This document shows positions 28,093-38,966 of a stretch of 64,000 nucleotides of DNA, one piece after another. A program made the position numbers and the translations under genes. A model generated the notes under the pieces. It saw only the letters and a list, made by a program, of their open reading frames with translations. It did no database searches and was not told where the DNA came from. Within the stretch, counting starts at the first letter, position 1. The number at the start of each line of letters is the position of its first letter. Source of the stretch: a virus (lineage: Duplodnaviria; Caudoviricetes); the IMG/VR virus record IMGVR_UViG_3300014826_000005, positions 8,167 through 72,166 of that record; one strand, given 5' to 3'.

Positions 28093-28104
28093 TAACCTAA
28101 TGTT
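28093..28104 (-). promoter_or_regulatory. Late-type promoter AACA-N6-TA
   Basis: AACAttaggtTA. Confidence 0.6.
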
Positions 28105-28168
28105 TTTTCAATATATTAATAATTTTATCAAGTGGACAATTGTTTAAGATTATAAAAAGAAAAGGAAG

Positions 28169-31156
28169 GTGACAAATGTGACAAAAGAGAGAGAAATCAA
28201 TGCCATGGGCAATCTCTACAATTCCTTTTTTAAAATTCTCAATAGTATTACGATTAAGTATTCTTATATAGCCCAACAAAATGAAACACTTGATAGTAAA
28301 CGTAATGCTGATAACTATATATCGACCATTCATAAGCGTGATACTATTTATTATTATAATGATTACACGAGACAAGAAATAGAAGAAGCTTACATGCAAG
28401 CTTATTCAACAGGTGTTGATAAAATCTCAGCAATAAATGCTATTAAATTAAATAAGAGTATTATCGACCAAATTGTTTTAGGAGATTCTACAGTCGTTCC
28501 TAAAAAAATAGAGCCTTATCTTCTTGAGATAAGACGTAAACGTGTAATACGAGATTTTGAAGAAAAGAATAATTATTATAGGATGCTAAATGGATATCCG
28601 GATACCAGTGATAAGAATTATTTCTATATCACGGAAAAATTATGTAAGAAATATAATCTTCCTGATTATATTTCTGATATTAAAGATGATGAAGGTCATA
28701 ATAAAATTATCCCTCTTCATCTTATTCCTATTCATAAAGTACAAGATTTATTGAATAGTAATGAAGATGGACGAGGAGATTATATTATTTCCGTTGTCGA
28801 AGGTTCTCTTTATTTGGATAAGTTACGTAAAGCTCATCCTGATAAAAAATATCTTCAATATATTGGTTCCAGACGTATCTCTATTGAAAAAGCACGTAAT
28901 GGGAAAAACTTTGAAATCATTCATATTGATAGAATGAATGTGAAACAAAATATTTTAGATTCATTTATTGATATCTATGCGCAATGTCGTGATTATTTCA
29001 TGAAAGTTTTATACATGCCTGAATACCATACATTCTTTACTAAGTATGAAGAATTTTGTGCTATGTGTATTATGATTATGACATTACAACAAGTTGTTGA
29101 TAGACAAGAGTTTGCAACAACGGATAGAAACTTCTTTGATATTGAAGGTATACGTGCTTTATATGAAGCTTATTCTATACCTTATGATTTAAATATTGAT
29201 GAAGATACACAAAATGTTTTATTACGTAATCTTAATCTCTTTATTCAACATAAAGCAACGGATAAAGATTTATATAATATTGCAGAATTGATAGGATTCT
29301 CTAATATTAAAATCTATAAGTACTTCTTAGGAAAAGAAGCAAAGTATGATAGTGAGGGTCTTCCTATTGTAGAATATACAACTCGCTATAATACCGATAC
29401 GGGTGAAGAAGAGAAAATTTTTGATATTGAAAAAATGTATGAAATCTATTTCCATAAGAAAGAATTAAAAGATGATAATTTTATTGAATCTTTTAATACA
29501 AAACTTAATAAATCATCTTATAAAGATATTACATCCAATGACCCATTTTGGTGGGAAGATGAAGGTTTATTAAAACGCTTATGGGATACAGAATATAACT
29601 ATGTGGAATCAAAATATTTAGGAATTGGTATTTCCTACAGTTTAACAGAAATTCTTTATGAAAATATTTTACTTATTAAAGCTATTATGGATAATAAAGA
29701 GAAGTTTAAAGAAATTACTTTAAAATTACCTCGTATTGTCGAAGCAACAGATGTTCCTTTATTTGATACACTCATTCTCTTATTATGCCTTACAGCGGCA
29801 AAACATAATTTGTATGGAGAAATTATTACAATTCCTACACAAGTCATTTCTGTATTAGATTATATTAAAAAACAAAATGGAGATAGTAATCTTGATACAT
29901 TAAAATTTAATTATAATTATTTTTTCCATCCTGATGCAAAAGAAAATAAGGATGAAATCAATAAGATGAAAGATAAACTTATTGCACATGAAAATACTTT
30001 AGATAAAACGGGAAAGTTATATACAAATATGGCTTTCAATTTTAAGTATATTCAAGAAGACAATCTTCACTTTAGAGAGAATCTTGTGACACTTAAAAAG
30101 ATTCTTGGAAAAGATGATTATGAACGCTTCGTTAAATATATTGGTAATCTCAATAAGTCAGCTGGTAATACGAATGAAGAGCGTGTCAAAACACTCAACA
30201 TCATGTTTAGAGATATTAAGCATATTCATCAATTATTAGAATTCTATATGGTAAGAACGGATGATCGTCATGCTTATGATTCTCTTAAGCAAATTCATGA
30301 TGCTCTTTTCTATTCAAGAGAAATCAGTGATATGTTTACAATAACAGGTGAGAATACGGGTGTACAAAGAACAGCCTATACTTATTTTGAATATTTAAAC
30401 TATATTAATCCTAAACTCTATAATGCTGTATTTAGTACAAATATGGAAGAGGAATACCAAAAATATTTAAAAGAAAATAGTATTAATATCAATAAGTATT
30501 CTTTTACCGATTTTACAGATGATGTTGAACGAGGAAAAATCTTTATTGATTATTCTAATACAAAAGAAGAAAATGATAAAACGACGACAGATTTGAAAGA
30601 TGATAAAATTTATTATTACGTCAATCATATCATTGGTCGTTTAAGTTTATTATTAAAAGATGTCAAGTTCATGTATTTAATGGCGAATACATCTACACCT
30701 CTTGAAGATTTACTTATTCGCTTAATTAAATTCTTTAAGTCATATACGGTTGATTTAATCAGTGTGGATAAGATTATCATCTGTGATTTTAAACCAGAAC
30801 AAACACTTCGTTTTTATGATGAAGTCGCTAAAATTGTTAAGCTTATTGAAACGCACGAACGTCTTGATATTTCCTATGATGATACTATTCATAATATATG
30901 GAATGATGAAGTGCTCTATGAAAAATTTAAGCTTATCACAAAAATGTATTATAATGCTTTTATTCGTTTAGATGGTAGTTATGGGACTTATAACTCCATG
31001 CGTTTAAAGGATGATACATTACTTAAAAAAGAATTAGATATGAATGAAGAAAGTCTATTAAAGTTATTTGATAATATGTCACATCTTTCTTCAACGAATT
31101 ATTATAAAGAACCTATATCCTTAAAAGATAAAGTTCTTGTGTATTATGATGAATAA
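28169..31156 (+). CDS. Large virion structural protein, probably baseplate
   Basis: 995 aa; KNNYYRMLNG and KATDK..Y.I segments typical of jumbo-phage baseplate wedge-like proteins (recognition only). Confidence 0.5.
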   Translation: MTNVTKEREINAMGNLYNSFFKILNSITIKYSYIAQQNETLDSKRNADNYISTIHKRDTIYYYNDYTRQEIEEAYMQAYSTGVDKISAINAIKLNKSIIDQIVLGDSTVVPKKIEPYLLEIRRKRVIRDFEEKNNYYRMLNGYPDTSDKNYFYITEKLCKKYNLPDYISDIKDDEGHNKIIPLHLIPIHKVQDLLNSNEDGRGDYIISVVEGSLYLDKLRKAHPDKKYLQYIGSRRISIEKARNGKNFEIIHIDRMNVKQNILDSFIDIYAQCRDYFMKVLYMPEYHTFFTKYEEFCAMCIMIMTLQQVVDRQEFATTDRNFFDIEGIRALYEAYSIPYDLNIDEDTQNVLLRNLNLFIQHKATDKDLYNIAELIGFSNIKIYKYFLGKEAKYDSEGLPIVEYTTRYNTDTGEEEKIFDIEKMYEIYFHKKELKDDNFIESFNTKLNKSSYKDITSNDPFWWEDEGLLKRLWDTEYNYVESKYLGIGISYSLTEILYENILLIKAIMDNKEKFKEITLKLPRIVEATDVPLFDTLILLLCLTAAKHNLYGEIITIPTQVISVLDYIKKQNGDSNLDTLKFNYNYFFHPDAKENKDEINKMKDKLIAHENTLDKTGKLYTNMAFNFKYIQEDNLHFRENLVTLKKILGKDDYERFVKYIGNLNKSAGNTNEERVKTLNIMFRDIKHIHQLLEFYMVRTDDRHAYDSLKQIHDALFYSREISDMFTITGENTGVQRTAYTYFEYLNYINPKLYNAVFSTNMEEEYQKYLKENSININKYSFTDFTDDVERGKIFIDYSNTKEENDKTTTDLKDDKIYYYVNHIIGRLSLLLKDVKFMYLMANTSTPLEDLLIRLIKFFKSYTVDLISVDKIIICDFKPEQTLRFYDEVAKIVKLIETHERLDISYDDTIHNIWNDEVLYEKFKLITKMYYNAFIRLDGSYGTYNSMRLKDDTLLKKELDMNEESLLKLFDNMSHLSSTNYYKEPISLKDKVLVYYDE

Positions 31157-31166
31157 ACTACAAAAA

Positions 31167-31178
31167 AACATGACATTA
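31167..31178 (+). promoter_or_regulatory. Late-type promoter AACA-N6-TA
   Basis: AACAtgacatTA. Confidence 0.6.
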
Positions 31179-31194
31179 ATGAATAATAGAAAGG

Positions 31195-32193
31195 ATGGAA
31201 CATATAATGGCAAATGCAATCCTAAACGTTTCGGATACCATTTCTACAAAAGATAATGTGGATACTAACGTGACATTACCATCTTTGCATCCAGGACTTT
31301 GGGCAAGAACTGAAGTTATTGGTGGTTATGGTGATTTTCAAGTTAATGAAAATGGTAAGTCTTCACTTGGTGAAGTGATTTTTAAAAAGAAAAATATTGT
31401 CCCACTTGGTGGGGTTTCATATGTAATGGAAAAAGTATTTGGCGTAGCTGAATCACAGATTCATATTCCTACAATGTACGACAATAATAAAATTGGTCTT
31501 CCTAATTCTACACCACCTACAGATACTTATGTATCTCCTGATGGTACAAATTTTCATAAGAAGATTATTTATAGACCAGGTCATTTTGTTTCTATGTTTG
31601 GTGTAGGGATTACTGCTACAGCTGAAAATGATATCGTTGTTTATAAGCCTGACTATAGAGAAAACGATATAACACTTTCTAAAGTGAATACAGATGGTTT
31701 AACTGTTACCGGTACATTATTACCATTTAGATATACAACAGAAACTTTATCTGTAGAAGAAAGAAAGATGTACTTTGGGAAAAAGAAAGATAGTGAAGGC
31801 ATTACTGGATACTATCTTAAGAAGTTCCAAAGTGAACCTGTTATTAAACATACTTGGAAAACGGGTGAAGATTATGAAGATGAAACACTCATTACAAATT
31901 CTGAAGTATGGACAAACATTCAATCTATCAATGCTGTAGAATCATTTACTGAAATTTTCTTAAAGATTACAAAGAAAGATATTAAAGAAATCTTTAATAA
32001 ATTAGAACAGCCTGATAGAGCAAGAATTAATACCATTGCTTTATTCAATGGTGAATTTATTAAGGATACATCTGATCCAGCTGATGATGGTGACTATAGA
32101 GATGTGAGACTCTTCTCTAAGTTATGTATTCCTACAGAAATGCTCTCACTCAATAAAGACTTAAATATCATTTATCGTGTTTATGGAGCATAG
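31195..32193 (+). CDS. Probable virion/baseplate structural protein
   Basis: 332 aa; ends RLFSKL...KDLNIIYRVY; late promoter. Confidence 0.5.
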   Translation: MEHIMANAILNVSDTISTKDNVDTNVTLPSLHPGLWARTEVIGGYGDFQVNENGKSSLGEVIFKKKNIVPLGGVSYVMEKVFGVAESQIHIPTMYDNNKIGLPNSTPPTDTYVSPDGTNFHKKIIYRPGHFVSMFGVGITATAENDIVVYKPDYRENDITLSKVNTDGLTVTGTLLPFRYTTETLSVEERKMYFGKKKDSEGITGYYLKKFQSEPVIKHTWKTGEDYEDETLITNSEVWTNIQSINAVESFTEIFLKITKKDIKEIFNKLEQPDRARINTIALFNGEFIKDTSDPADDGDYRDVRLFSKLCIPTEMLSLNKDLNIIYRVYGA

Positions 32194-32307
32194 TAAAATA
32201 ACATTTTTAATAAGAAGTAGCGATTTAAGTGCTACTTCTTATTTATACTCCTCTTAACAAAAAGGATAACCAAAAGAGCAATATTTTTTTGGTTTGGGTA
32301 ATACTTA

Positions 32308-32317
32308 TATATTATCT
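32308..32317 (+). promoter_or_regulatory. Early-type promoter motif TATATTATCT
   Basis: Upstream of the tubulin-like gene. Confidence 0.6.
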
Positions 32318-32375
32318 CTATGCATTAATATTAATGCGGTATTTAACATATTTTATATAAAGGAGGAAGCGAATT

Positions 32376-33518
32376 ATGTTAAACGTTGGAATTATTGGTG
32401 TAGGAAACACTGGTAATCAAATTGCAGAGTTGGCACATGATCAATTAAAGATTGATACGATTGCCATCAACTCAAGTGAAAAGGATTTGGAAACAATCAA
32501 TGGCCAAATCCCAAAGATTCTTATTTCTGACAAATCTCAGTTATCTAAAGGAGCTGGGAAAGACAGAGGACTTGCTAAGAAGTATTTAAAAGATTCTGTT
32601 ATGAGTCTTTTAAAAGAAAAATCTATTTTAGCAATGGCATCAGAGAAAGATGTTATTTTTGTTATTAGTTCTACTGGTGGAGGAACTGGAAGTGGTACTG
32701 CACCATTATTAGCTAATATCTTAACAGAAACAGCACCTGATACAAAAATTATTTTAGTTGGTGTATTGCCTGTTAATAATGAAGCATTAAGTGCTCAGGT
32801 TAATACTTTAGAGTATTTAAACGAACTTTATAAAGTATTAGATAAACCTACTTATATGCTTTATGATAACGATAAGTTATCAAACCTTCCATCATATAAA
32901 ATCATGGAAACTGTCAATGCTGAGATTGTGCAAGATATTAATGTACTTAAGTGTACTTATAACTTCACAACAAAGTATGATTCTATCGATGATAGAGATA
33001 TGATGAGACTCTTATCATTCCCTGGACGAATTGTTGTAAGTCGTCTAGAAGATTTTAGTGAAAAGGATGCAGAATCTTCTGATATTGAAGAAAGATTAAT
33101 TGATAATATCAGAAGAAATTGTCATGTAGAATCTCAAAGAGATAAGAAAGTCATGGCAACAGGTGTTATTACAAACTTATCAAGAAATTTAACAGAAGAG
33201 TTTGATAATAACGTTCCTAAAGTTAGAGATTTCTCTGGTGTACCTGTTCATGCATTCAATCATATTTATGTCAATGAAGATAGAAAGCAACCTAATAAAG
33301 TTTTCTATATCATGGCAGGATTATCTCCAGTCAATGATAAGATTAATCTTATTAGTGATAGAATTGCTGAAATCGAAGAAGCACAAAAAACATTAGAAGA
33401 TGATGATGCTTTGGAAGATATTCAGTTAGATTCTTTATCTGATCAAATTAAAGATAAAGAAGAAGAAAAAGATTCTGAAGCTAATATTTCAGATATCTTT
33501 AGTAAATTTAATATTTAA
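32376..33518 (+). CDS. Tubulin/FtsZ-family GTPase (PhuZ/TubZ-like)
   Basis: IIGVGNTG, GAGKD, signature GGGTGSG, acidic C-terminal tail. Confidence 0.9.
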   Translation: MLNVGIIGVGNTGNQIAELAHDQLKIDTIAINSSEKDLETINGQIPKILISDKSQLSKGAGKDRGLAKKYLKDSVMSLLKEKSILAMASEKDVIFVISSTGGGTGSGTAPLLANILTETAPDTKIILVGVLPVNNEALSAQVNTLEYLNELYKVLDKPTYMLYDNDKLSNLPSYKIMETVNAEIVQDINVLKCTYNFTTKYDSIDDRDMMRLLSFPGRIVVSRLEDFSEKDAESSDIEERLIDNIRRNCHVESQRDKKVMATGVITNLSRNLTEEFDNNVPKVRDFSGVPVHAFNHIYVNEDRKQPNKVFYIMAGLSPVNDKINLISDRIAEIEEAQKTLEDDDALEDIQLDSLSDQIKDKEEEKDSEANISDIFSKFNI

Positions 33519-33569
33519 AAAAAAATAAAATGTGGGTGCTGAAATAATTATTTATCATGCACCTCACAT

Positions 33570-34565
33570 TTGTTTAATAATTTTTATATAAGAAACAGGA
33601 GGAAAAAAATTATGTCAAAAGACAAAAACTATATTTCTGATGATGTGAGGGAGTTTGCTAAAATCTCATGGAAGAAATATAAGAAACAAAACAAAGATTA
33701 TTATGATTCTAAGAAGGAATTAAAGCGTTCATATCAGGAATACTTAATTGATATGCTTCCTGATGTTATTGAATTCCTTATTAGAAAAGGACATATTAAG
33801 AATGAAGAAATTCAGGAAGTGAAGACAGCTTGTTTAATCAAGCTTAATGATCCTGATTTCGTTAAATACTTGAAGAAGGTCATCAAAGCTGATGATTACG
33901 AAATCACAAATATTAAGTTACTTCCTATTATCATTAGAGAAATCTTACAGGAAGGTGAAAAAGCTAATACAGAATTATTAGCTAAAGATCCTAATGCTAA
34001 GACATATGAACTAGGTGATTTGGTAGAATTGTCACAAATGATTGTGAAGAAGAAAATGAAGAAGCTGACTAAAGAAGGTATTTCTGTAAAATTAGCTTTT
34101 GATGTTTTGAGTGTTGTTCCTAGTAAGAAAGCACTTGAAATTTCTACTCCATTTAGAATTAGAACACTCTATGGCACTTTATATGAAGATGTGAAAGCTA
34201 ACGCTGTTCCATTTGATAAAATTATGGAATTAGTTGTTCCTGCTAATTATTATCCTGCTTTCATTACATTTGCATTACTTGAAAGAAAGCAGAGATTCAA
34301 TGATCAGTTATCTGAATCTCAAATGAAATTATGGGCTCAGATTTCATCTTGGTGCTTTAATACAATGGAGAAATTAGATAAAGACATTATTGAAGATATT
34401 TTGAAATCTTATGTAAGAGCTCGTCGTATTGATGATGAACAGGGTAAAGATTCTCCAAGAAGATATTCTCTTGTATCTTTATCTGAAGATGAATATCCTC
34501 GTATTGTTAAGACAGTCAATAAACTTACTGTTGCAAACGAAGCTACTAAGAAATATTTTCAGTAA
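33570..34565 (+). CDS. Hypothetical protein
   Basis: Likely start at 33612 (MSKDKN) after AGGAGG. Confidence 0.8.
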   Translation: MFNNFYIRNRRKKIMSKDKNYISDDVREFAKISWKKYKKQNKDYYDSKKELKRSYQEYLIDMLPDVIEFLIRKGHIKNEEIQEVKTACLIKLNDPDFVKYLKKVIKADDYEITNIKLLPIIIREILQEGEKANTELLAKDPNAKTYELGDLVELSQMIVKKKMKKLTKEGISVKLAFDVLSVVPSKKALEISTPFRIRTLYGTLYEDVKANAVPFDKIMELVVPANYYPAFITFALLERKQRFNDQLSESQMKLWAQISSWCFNTMEKLDKDIIEDILKSYVRARRIDDEQGKDSPRRYSLVSLSEDEYPRIVKTVNKLTVANEATKKYFQ

Positions 34566-34601
34566 TTAAAATAATAAATATATTATAGGGAGAAAGTAAA
34601 A

Positions 34602-35576
34602 ATGTTAAATTCTGTAATTATTGGTGCTGCAATAGCATCTCAAGTCAATAATAAATGGGAAGCTGTTGCTGACAAGTACAATGAAAATAGATTCATCCTT
34701 GTTAATGAATCTATCAATCAAAAGATTAAACTTGGTTCAAGAGTAAAAAGTACTCTAGAAGAAGTTTATACTGGTAAAAAAGCGTCTGGATACAATATTG
34801 ATGATCATATTCTTATTAGTAATAATTTCAATAATATGAATATTAATATTATGAAAGCAAGATCTACTAAGAATAAAAAGTCAGTTGAAAATGTAGATGT
34901 TGGTCAACCTGTTACAGATGTTGCTATTGATGAATCTTTAGTATTTATTACATTATCTAATGATGATTATACTTTAGTGCATTATGAAACATTAGGTAAT
35001 GAAATCAAAGCAACTTATCAAAATAGAAGAAAAGGATATCAAGGTTGTGTTCTTACTTATCGTGAGACAAATGAAGAAAAGGTTATCCTTCTTCTTTATG
35101 TAGAAGATAATATTACACATATTATCAAGGCTATTGCTGTTAAAGTTAATGAAAAAGGATATGTTTCATATCTTGTTGAAGATGCAACACAGGATGATTT
35201 AAATAAGATTAAAGATACAAATAAGTACCTTAAGTTTGTACACTTTAAAGTGTATATTCCTTCTAAGCAGATTCTCACTAAATGGGTATTATGTGGAGAA
35301 GAAAATGAAGATAAGGTTAAAGAATACCTTGAGAAAAATTATCCTAAGTGTGAAATGTATGTTATCCCTAATACATATTTTGGCAAAGAAGCTGATAAGA
35401 CTGTTCAAGAAAAGGTTAATAATGATCTTATGGAAAAGATTACAAATAATCGTATTAGAGCAGTCACAATTTCAGGAATTAAAGTTCCTAAGAATTTCTG
35501 TATGACATATAAGATTCTTTACATGTTTGATTTTGATGTAGATAATCTTAGAACAAGTTGTATTAGAAGTAATTAA
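34602..35576 (+). CDS. Hypothetical protein
   Basis: 324 aa, GGGAG RBS. Confidence 0.8.
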   Translation: MLNSVIIGAAIASQVNNKWEAVADKYNENRFILVNESINQKIKLGSRVKSTLEEVYTGKKASGYNIDDHILISNNFNNMNINIMKARSTKNKKSVENVDVGQPVTDVAIDESLVFITLSNDDYTLVHYETLGNEIKATYQNRRKGYQGCVLTYRETNEEKVILLLYVEDNITHIIKAIAVKVNEKGYVSYLVEDATQDDLNKIKDTNKYLKFVHFKVYIPSKQILTKWVLCGEENEDKVKEYLEKNYPKCEMYVIPNTYFGKEADKTVQEKVNNDLMEKITNNRIRAVTISGIKVPKNFCMTYKILYMFDFDVDNLRTSCIRSN

Positions 35577-35598
35577 TTCACGTAGATAGCCATAGTTA

Positions 35599-35608
35599 TA
35601 TATTATCT
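35599..35608 (+). promoter_or_regulatory. Early-type promoter motif TATATTATCT
   Basis: Recurrent motif. Confidence 0.6.
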
Positions 35609-35653
35609 ATGTGAAGTTAGTAAATAAAATCTATAAATAAGGAGAAAGAGAAA

Positions 35654-36130
35654 ATGGCAAATATTAAGTCAGTTTTAAAGACTACAAAGTCTTTGACAAA
35701 GAAAGGTAAAATTAAAGGAAGAAACAAGAAAGAAACACGAGTACTTCGTGCAGGATGTACTCATCATAGATATAATAGATCAGGCTCTAAATTAAAAGCA
35801 ACTGTAAGAGTGGCAGCAGATGGAACTATCTTCTGTCCAATGTGTAAAGCAGAATTTAGTGAATCTATTATTGGACATGATGAAGCAAGAGACATCATGA
35901 ACAAGGCTAAAGAAGTTCTTGATCAGAAGACTTTCATGGCTGTTGAAGCGAATGCAGGTAATGAAGCAATCGATTATCTTGTCAACTTCAAATCATTCTT
36001 CAATAAGAATACTTATAAGATGCTTGACAAAATAGATAAAGTTACTGTCAAGAAAACTGGTATTCAGAAAAAGAAGAAAAACTTTAAGAATTATGGTTCT
36101 CAATCATTTGGTGGTTGGGGTACTAGATAA
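35654..36130 (+). CDS. Basic protein with a putative Zn finger
   Basis: CTHH...CPMC; Lys-rich termini. Confidence 0.7.
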   Translation: MANIKSVLKTTKSLTKKGKIKGRNKKETRVLRAGCTHHRYNRSGSKLKATVRVAADGTIFCPMCKAEFSESIIGHDEARDIMNKAKEVLDQKTFMAVEANAGNEAIDYLVNFKSFFNKNTYKMLDKIDKVTVKKTGIQKKKKNFKNYGSQSFGGWGTR

Positions 36131-36386
36131 TTAATTAATTGAAGAGATATAGAGCAATCTATATCTCTTCTACATTCTTACAACTTTTAGACGTCTATGT
36201 AAGAATGTAGGAAATGCATTTTTACTAACTTCCCTAATGAAGGTGATGAGTATAAACTTTACCACCTTCATATTTTTTTAGAGCAAAATGTGAGTAAAAA
36301 ATAATATTTTAATAACATGAAAAATTTATATTTGAATAAAAATAGTGTCTTACGAACTACTATAGGTAGAACTATATTTTCGTGAT

Positions 36387-36398
36387 AACATATTTGTA
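36387..36398 (+). promoter_or_regulatory. Late-type promoter AACA-N6-TA
   Basis: AACAtatttgTA upstream of the gyrB-like gene. Confidence 0.55.
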
Positions 36399-36438
36399 AC
36401 GCAGAAAAATATCTGTTAGAGAGAAAGGAGAATATACA

Positions 36439-38949
36439 ATGGTAGTGAAAGACGCCAAAATGTATTATTTAGAAGAAGATATACAAAAAGTTCAAGTGAA
36501 AACGAATATGTATATCAATGAATATGGTGAAGCTGGAGCATTTCATCTTGCAAGAGAGATTATTCAAAACTCTTTTGATGAGTGTTTAGATGATGATAGC
36601 CCAGGTGACACAATTGAAATTTCTTATGATAGAAAAACGGATATTCTAACATCAAGTGATAATGGAAGATCATTTAATGAGTCAGAATATCCAATGAATA
36701 TATTTGTAACCACTTTGCAAAGTGGTAGTAAATTCTTTAGAGACAGTGGAGCTGCATCAGCAGGGGAGTTTGGTGTAGGTCTAACTGTAGTCAATGCTTT
36801 AAGTGATATCTTTAAAATCACTGCTTATAGAGCAGTAGAGAAAACGAAACATGTTCTTGAATATCAAGAAGGTCAACTTATTAAAGATAAGATAACATCT
36901 AATAAATCTGGACAGCATGGAACTGTTGTAGAATTTCGTGTGAGTAAAAAATATATGGGAGATGAAGCAAAACTTCCTATTGAAGATGTTGTTAAATGGG
37001 TAGAATCATTATTCTATCTCGATTCCGATAAATTAAAGCATAAGCATATTAAAGCGATTATTTCCATCTATAATGGTGTCAAATTAGAGAAAGTCTATAA
37101 GTTTAAACCTCGACCATTTTCTGATTTATTATCACAAATCATTCCTGCCAATATCAAAAAGAGTCATCTTACAGATATATGTGAATTTGATGGTAAGAAA
37201 ATGATTGTTGAAGATACGAAGACACTTGTTGACAATAAAGATGGAAGTACAACAGTAGAAAATGTCCAAGTTGAAAAAGAATTACATATGGACATTGCTT
37301 TCTGTTATACAACAAGTGTAGACATGAATGATAATGCAACTTACAATACATTCTGTAATTACACGAATACGATTGAAAATGGTTCTCATTTAACAGCATT
37401 TGATGAAGCTTATTGTCGTTTTATGCAAAATGCAACTAATGCGACAATGAGTGAGAATCAACGTAATAAACTCAAAATAACATGGGATGATGTAAGAACA
37501 AATTTATTCTGTGTACTTAATTTAACAACAAATGCTGCTGTTGGTTTTGTGGGTAATGCAAAAATGAGTATCAATGCACCATCTCTAGAACCTTATATGA
37601 AAGAGATTGTAACGGATGGTTTGACAAAGTATTTTAAACACCATCAATCTTTACTTGAAACATTGTGTAAGTTAATCAAGTTAAATGCAAAAGCACGACT
37701 TGAAGCAAGTAAAGCGAAAGCAGCTTCGCAAACTGAACGCATGAATTCCTTTAAAGAACATGCTATGAGTAATTATATTCGTCCTAATAATACAGGAAAG
37801 CAATTTAAAGTTCTTTATATTACTGAAGGAGATTCAGCAGCAAGTGCCTGTCGTAATGGGTCTGATCCAGATATTGAAGGATTTTTCTTATTACGAGGTG
37901 TTCCTGCTAATGCTATGAAATGTAATTTATCACAAATTATGGAAAATCGAGAATTTAGAGATTTAACAACAATTCTTCGTTGTGGTATTGGTGATAAATG
38001 TGATCCTAATAAATTATATTTTGATCGTATCAATATCTTTACCGATGCTGATATTGATGGTTATAATATCTCTGCAAGTTTATTAGCATTCTTCTATAAG
38101 TTTATGCGACCTATTATTGAAGCTGGTAAACTTTATAAAGTTTATTCACCTTTATATCGTTTAAGTGATAAGAATCATCGCTATGTTGCCAATAAGGCAG
38201 AACTTATAGAACTCTATCATGATAATATCGTTAAAGCGTATAAGGTAAAAAGTGAAAAGAGTTCTTCTTATATGAGCAAGAAAGAATTAAAAGAATTCTT
38301 GACAGATACTTATGATTATTCAGAAGATTTGATTCGTGCATCTAATGATAGTGGACGCATCAATAAATTCCTTATTGAATCAATCATTGCTTATTTAACA
38401 TTATTCAATATTGTAAGAAGTGAATCTGATCATGAAGATTTGGATACAATCTTTAATAATCAAAAACTTATTAAATCATTGATGAGTAAAATTCAAAAGA
38501 AGTTTAAAGAAATTACTGTTGATAATACAGGACGTTTCTCAGGTATTGTGGATGGACGTTATGCCATTATCAAAGTCAATTCACGCTTCTTAAAGAAGAC
38601 ATCTACACTTATTGATATTTATAAGAAATATGGTTACATCTTAACAATTAAAGATATTAAATCTGGAAAAGAATCAAAAATGTCTATTGCTGAATTCTTA
38701 GACTCATGTGTTAAACTTCAACCTCATATAGAAGAGCGTTTTAAAGGGTTGGGGGAATTAAATGCTGATGAGCTTTATATGACAACATTGGATTTGAATA
38801 ATGCCATTTCAACACAATTTACTATTGATGATGTAAAACGAGAATTAGATATCTTTAATCTTACCCACAGTGGAAGTACTAAAGATGCTCAAAGACGTAA
38901 GAAGATGATGAAAGCATATAAGATTCGTCGTGAAGATTTGGATAACTAA
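36439..38949 (+). CDS. gyrB: Type IIA topoisomerase B subunit (GyrB/ParE-like)
   Basis: GHKL ATPase EIIQNSFDE, DNGR, GEFGVG; Toprim EGDSA, DADIDG, FKGLGE. Confidence 0.93.
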   Translation: MVVKDAKMYYLEEDIQKVQVKTNMYINEYGEAGAFHLAREIIQNSFDECLDDDSPGDTIEISYDRKTDILTSSDNGRSFNESEYPMNIFVTTLQSGSKFFRDSGAASAGEFGVGLTVVNALSDIFKITAYRAVEKTKHVLEYQEGQLIKDKITSNKSGQHGTVVEFRVSKKYMGDEAKLPIEDVVKWVESLFYLDSDKLKHKHIKAIISIYNGVKLEKVYKFKPRPFSDLLSQIIPANIKKSHLTDICEFDGKKMIVEDTKTLVDNKDGSTTVENVQVEKELHMDIAFCYTTSVDMNDNATYNTFCNYTNTIENGSHLTAFDEAYCRFMQNATNATMSENQRNKLKITWDDVRTNLFCVLNLTTNAAVGFVGNAKMSINAPSLEPYMKEIVTDGLTKYFKHHQSLLETLCKLIKLNAKARLEASKAKAASQTERMNSFKEHAMSNYIRPNNTGKQFKVLYITEGDSAASACRNGSDPDIEGFFLLRGVPANAMKCNLSQIMENREFRDLTTILRCGIGDKCDPNKLYFDRINIFTDADIDGYNISASLLAFFYKFMRPIIEAGKLYKVYSPLYRLSDKNHRYVANKAELIELYHDNIVKAYKVKSEKSSSYMSKKELKEFLTDTYDYSEDLIRASNDSGRINKFLIESIIAYLTLFNIVRSESDHEDLDTIFNNQKLIKSLMSKIQKKFKEITVDNTGRFSGIVDGRYAIIKVNSRFLKKTSTLIDIYKKYGYILTIKDIKSGKESKMSIAEFLDSCVKLQPHIEERFKGLGELNADELYMTTLDLNNAISTQFTIDDVKRELDIFNLTHSGSTKDAQRRKKMMKAYKIRREDLDN

Positions 38950-38966
38950 AAAGGAGATGTTCTATT

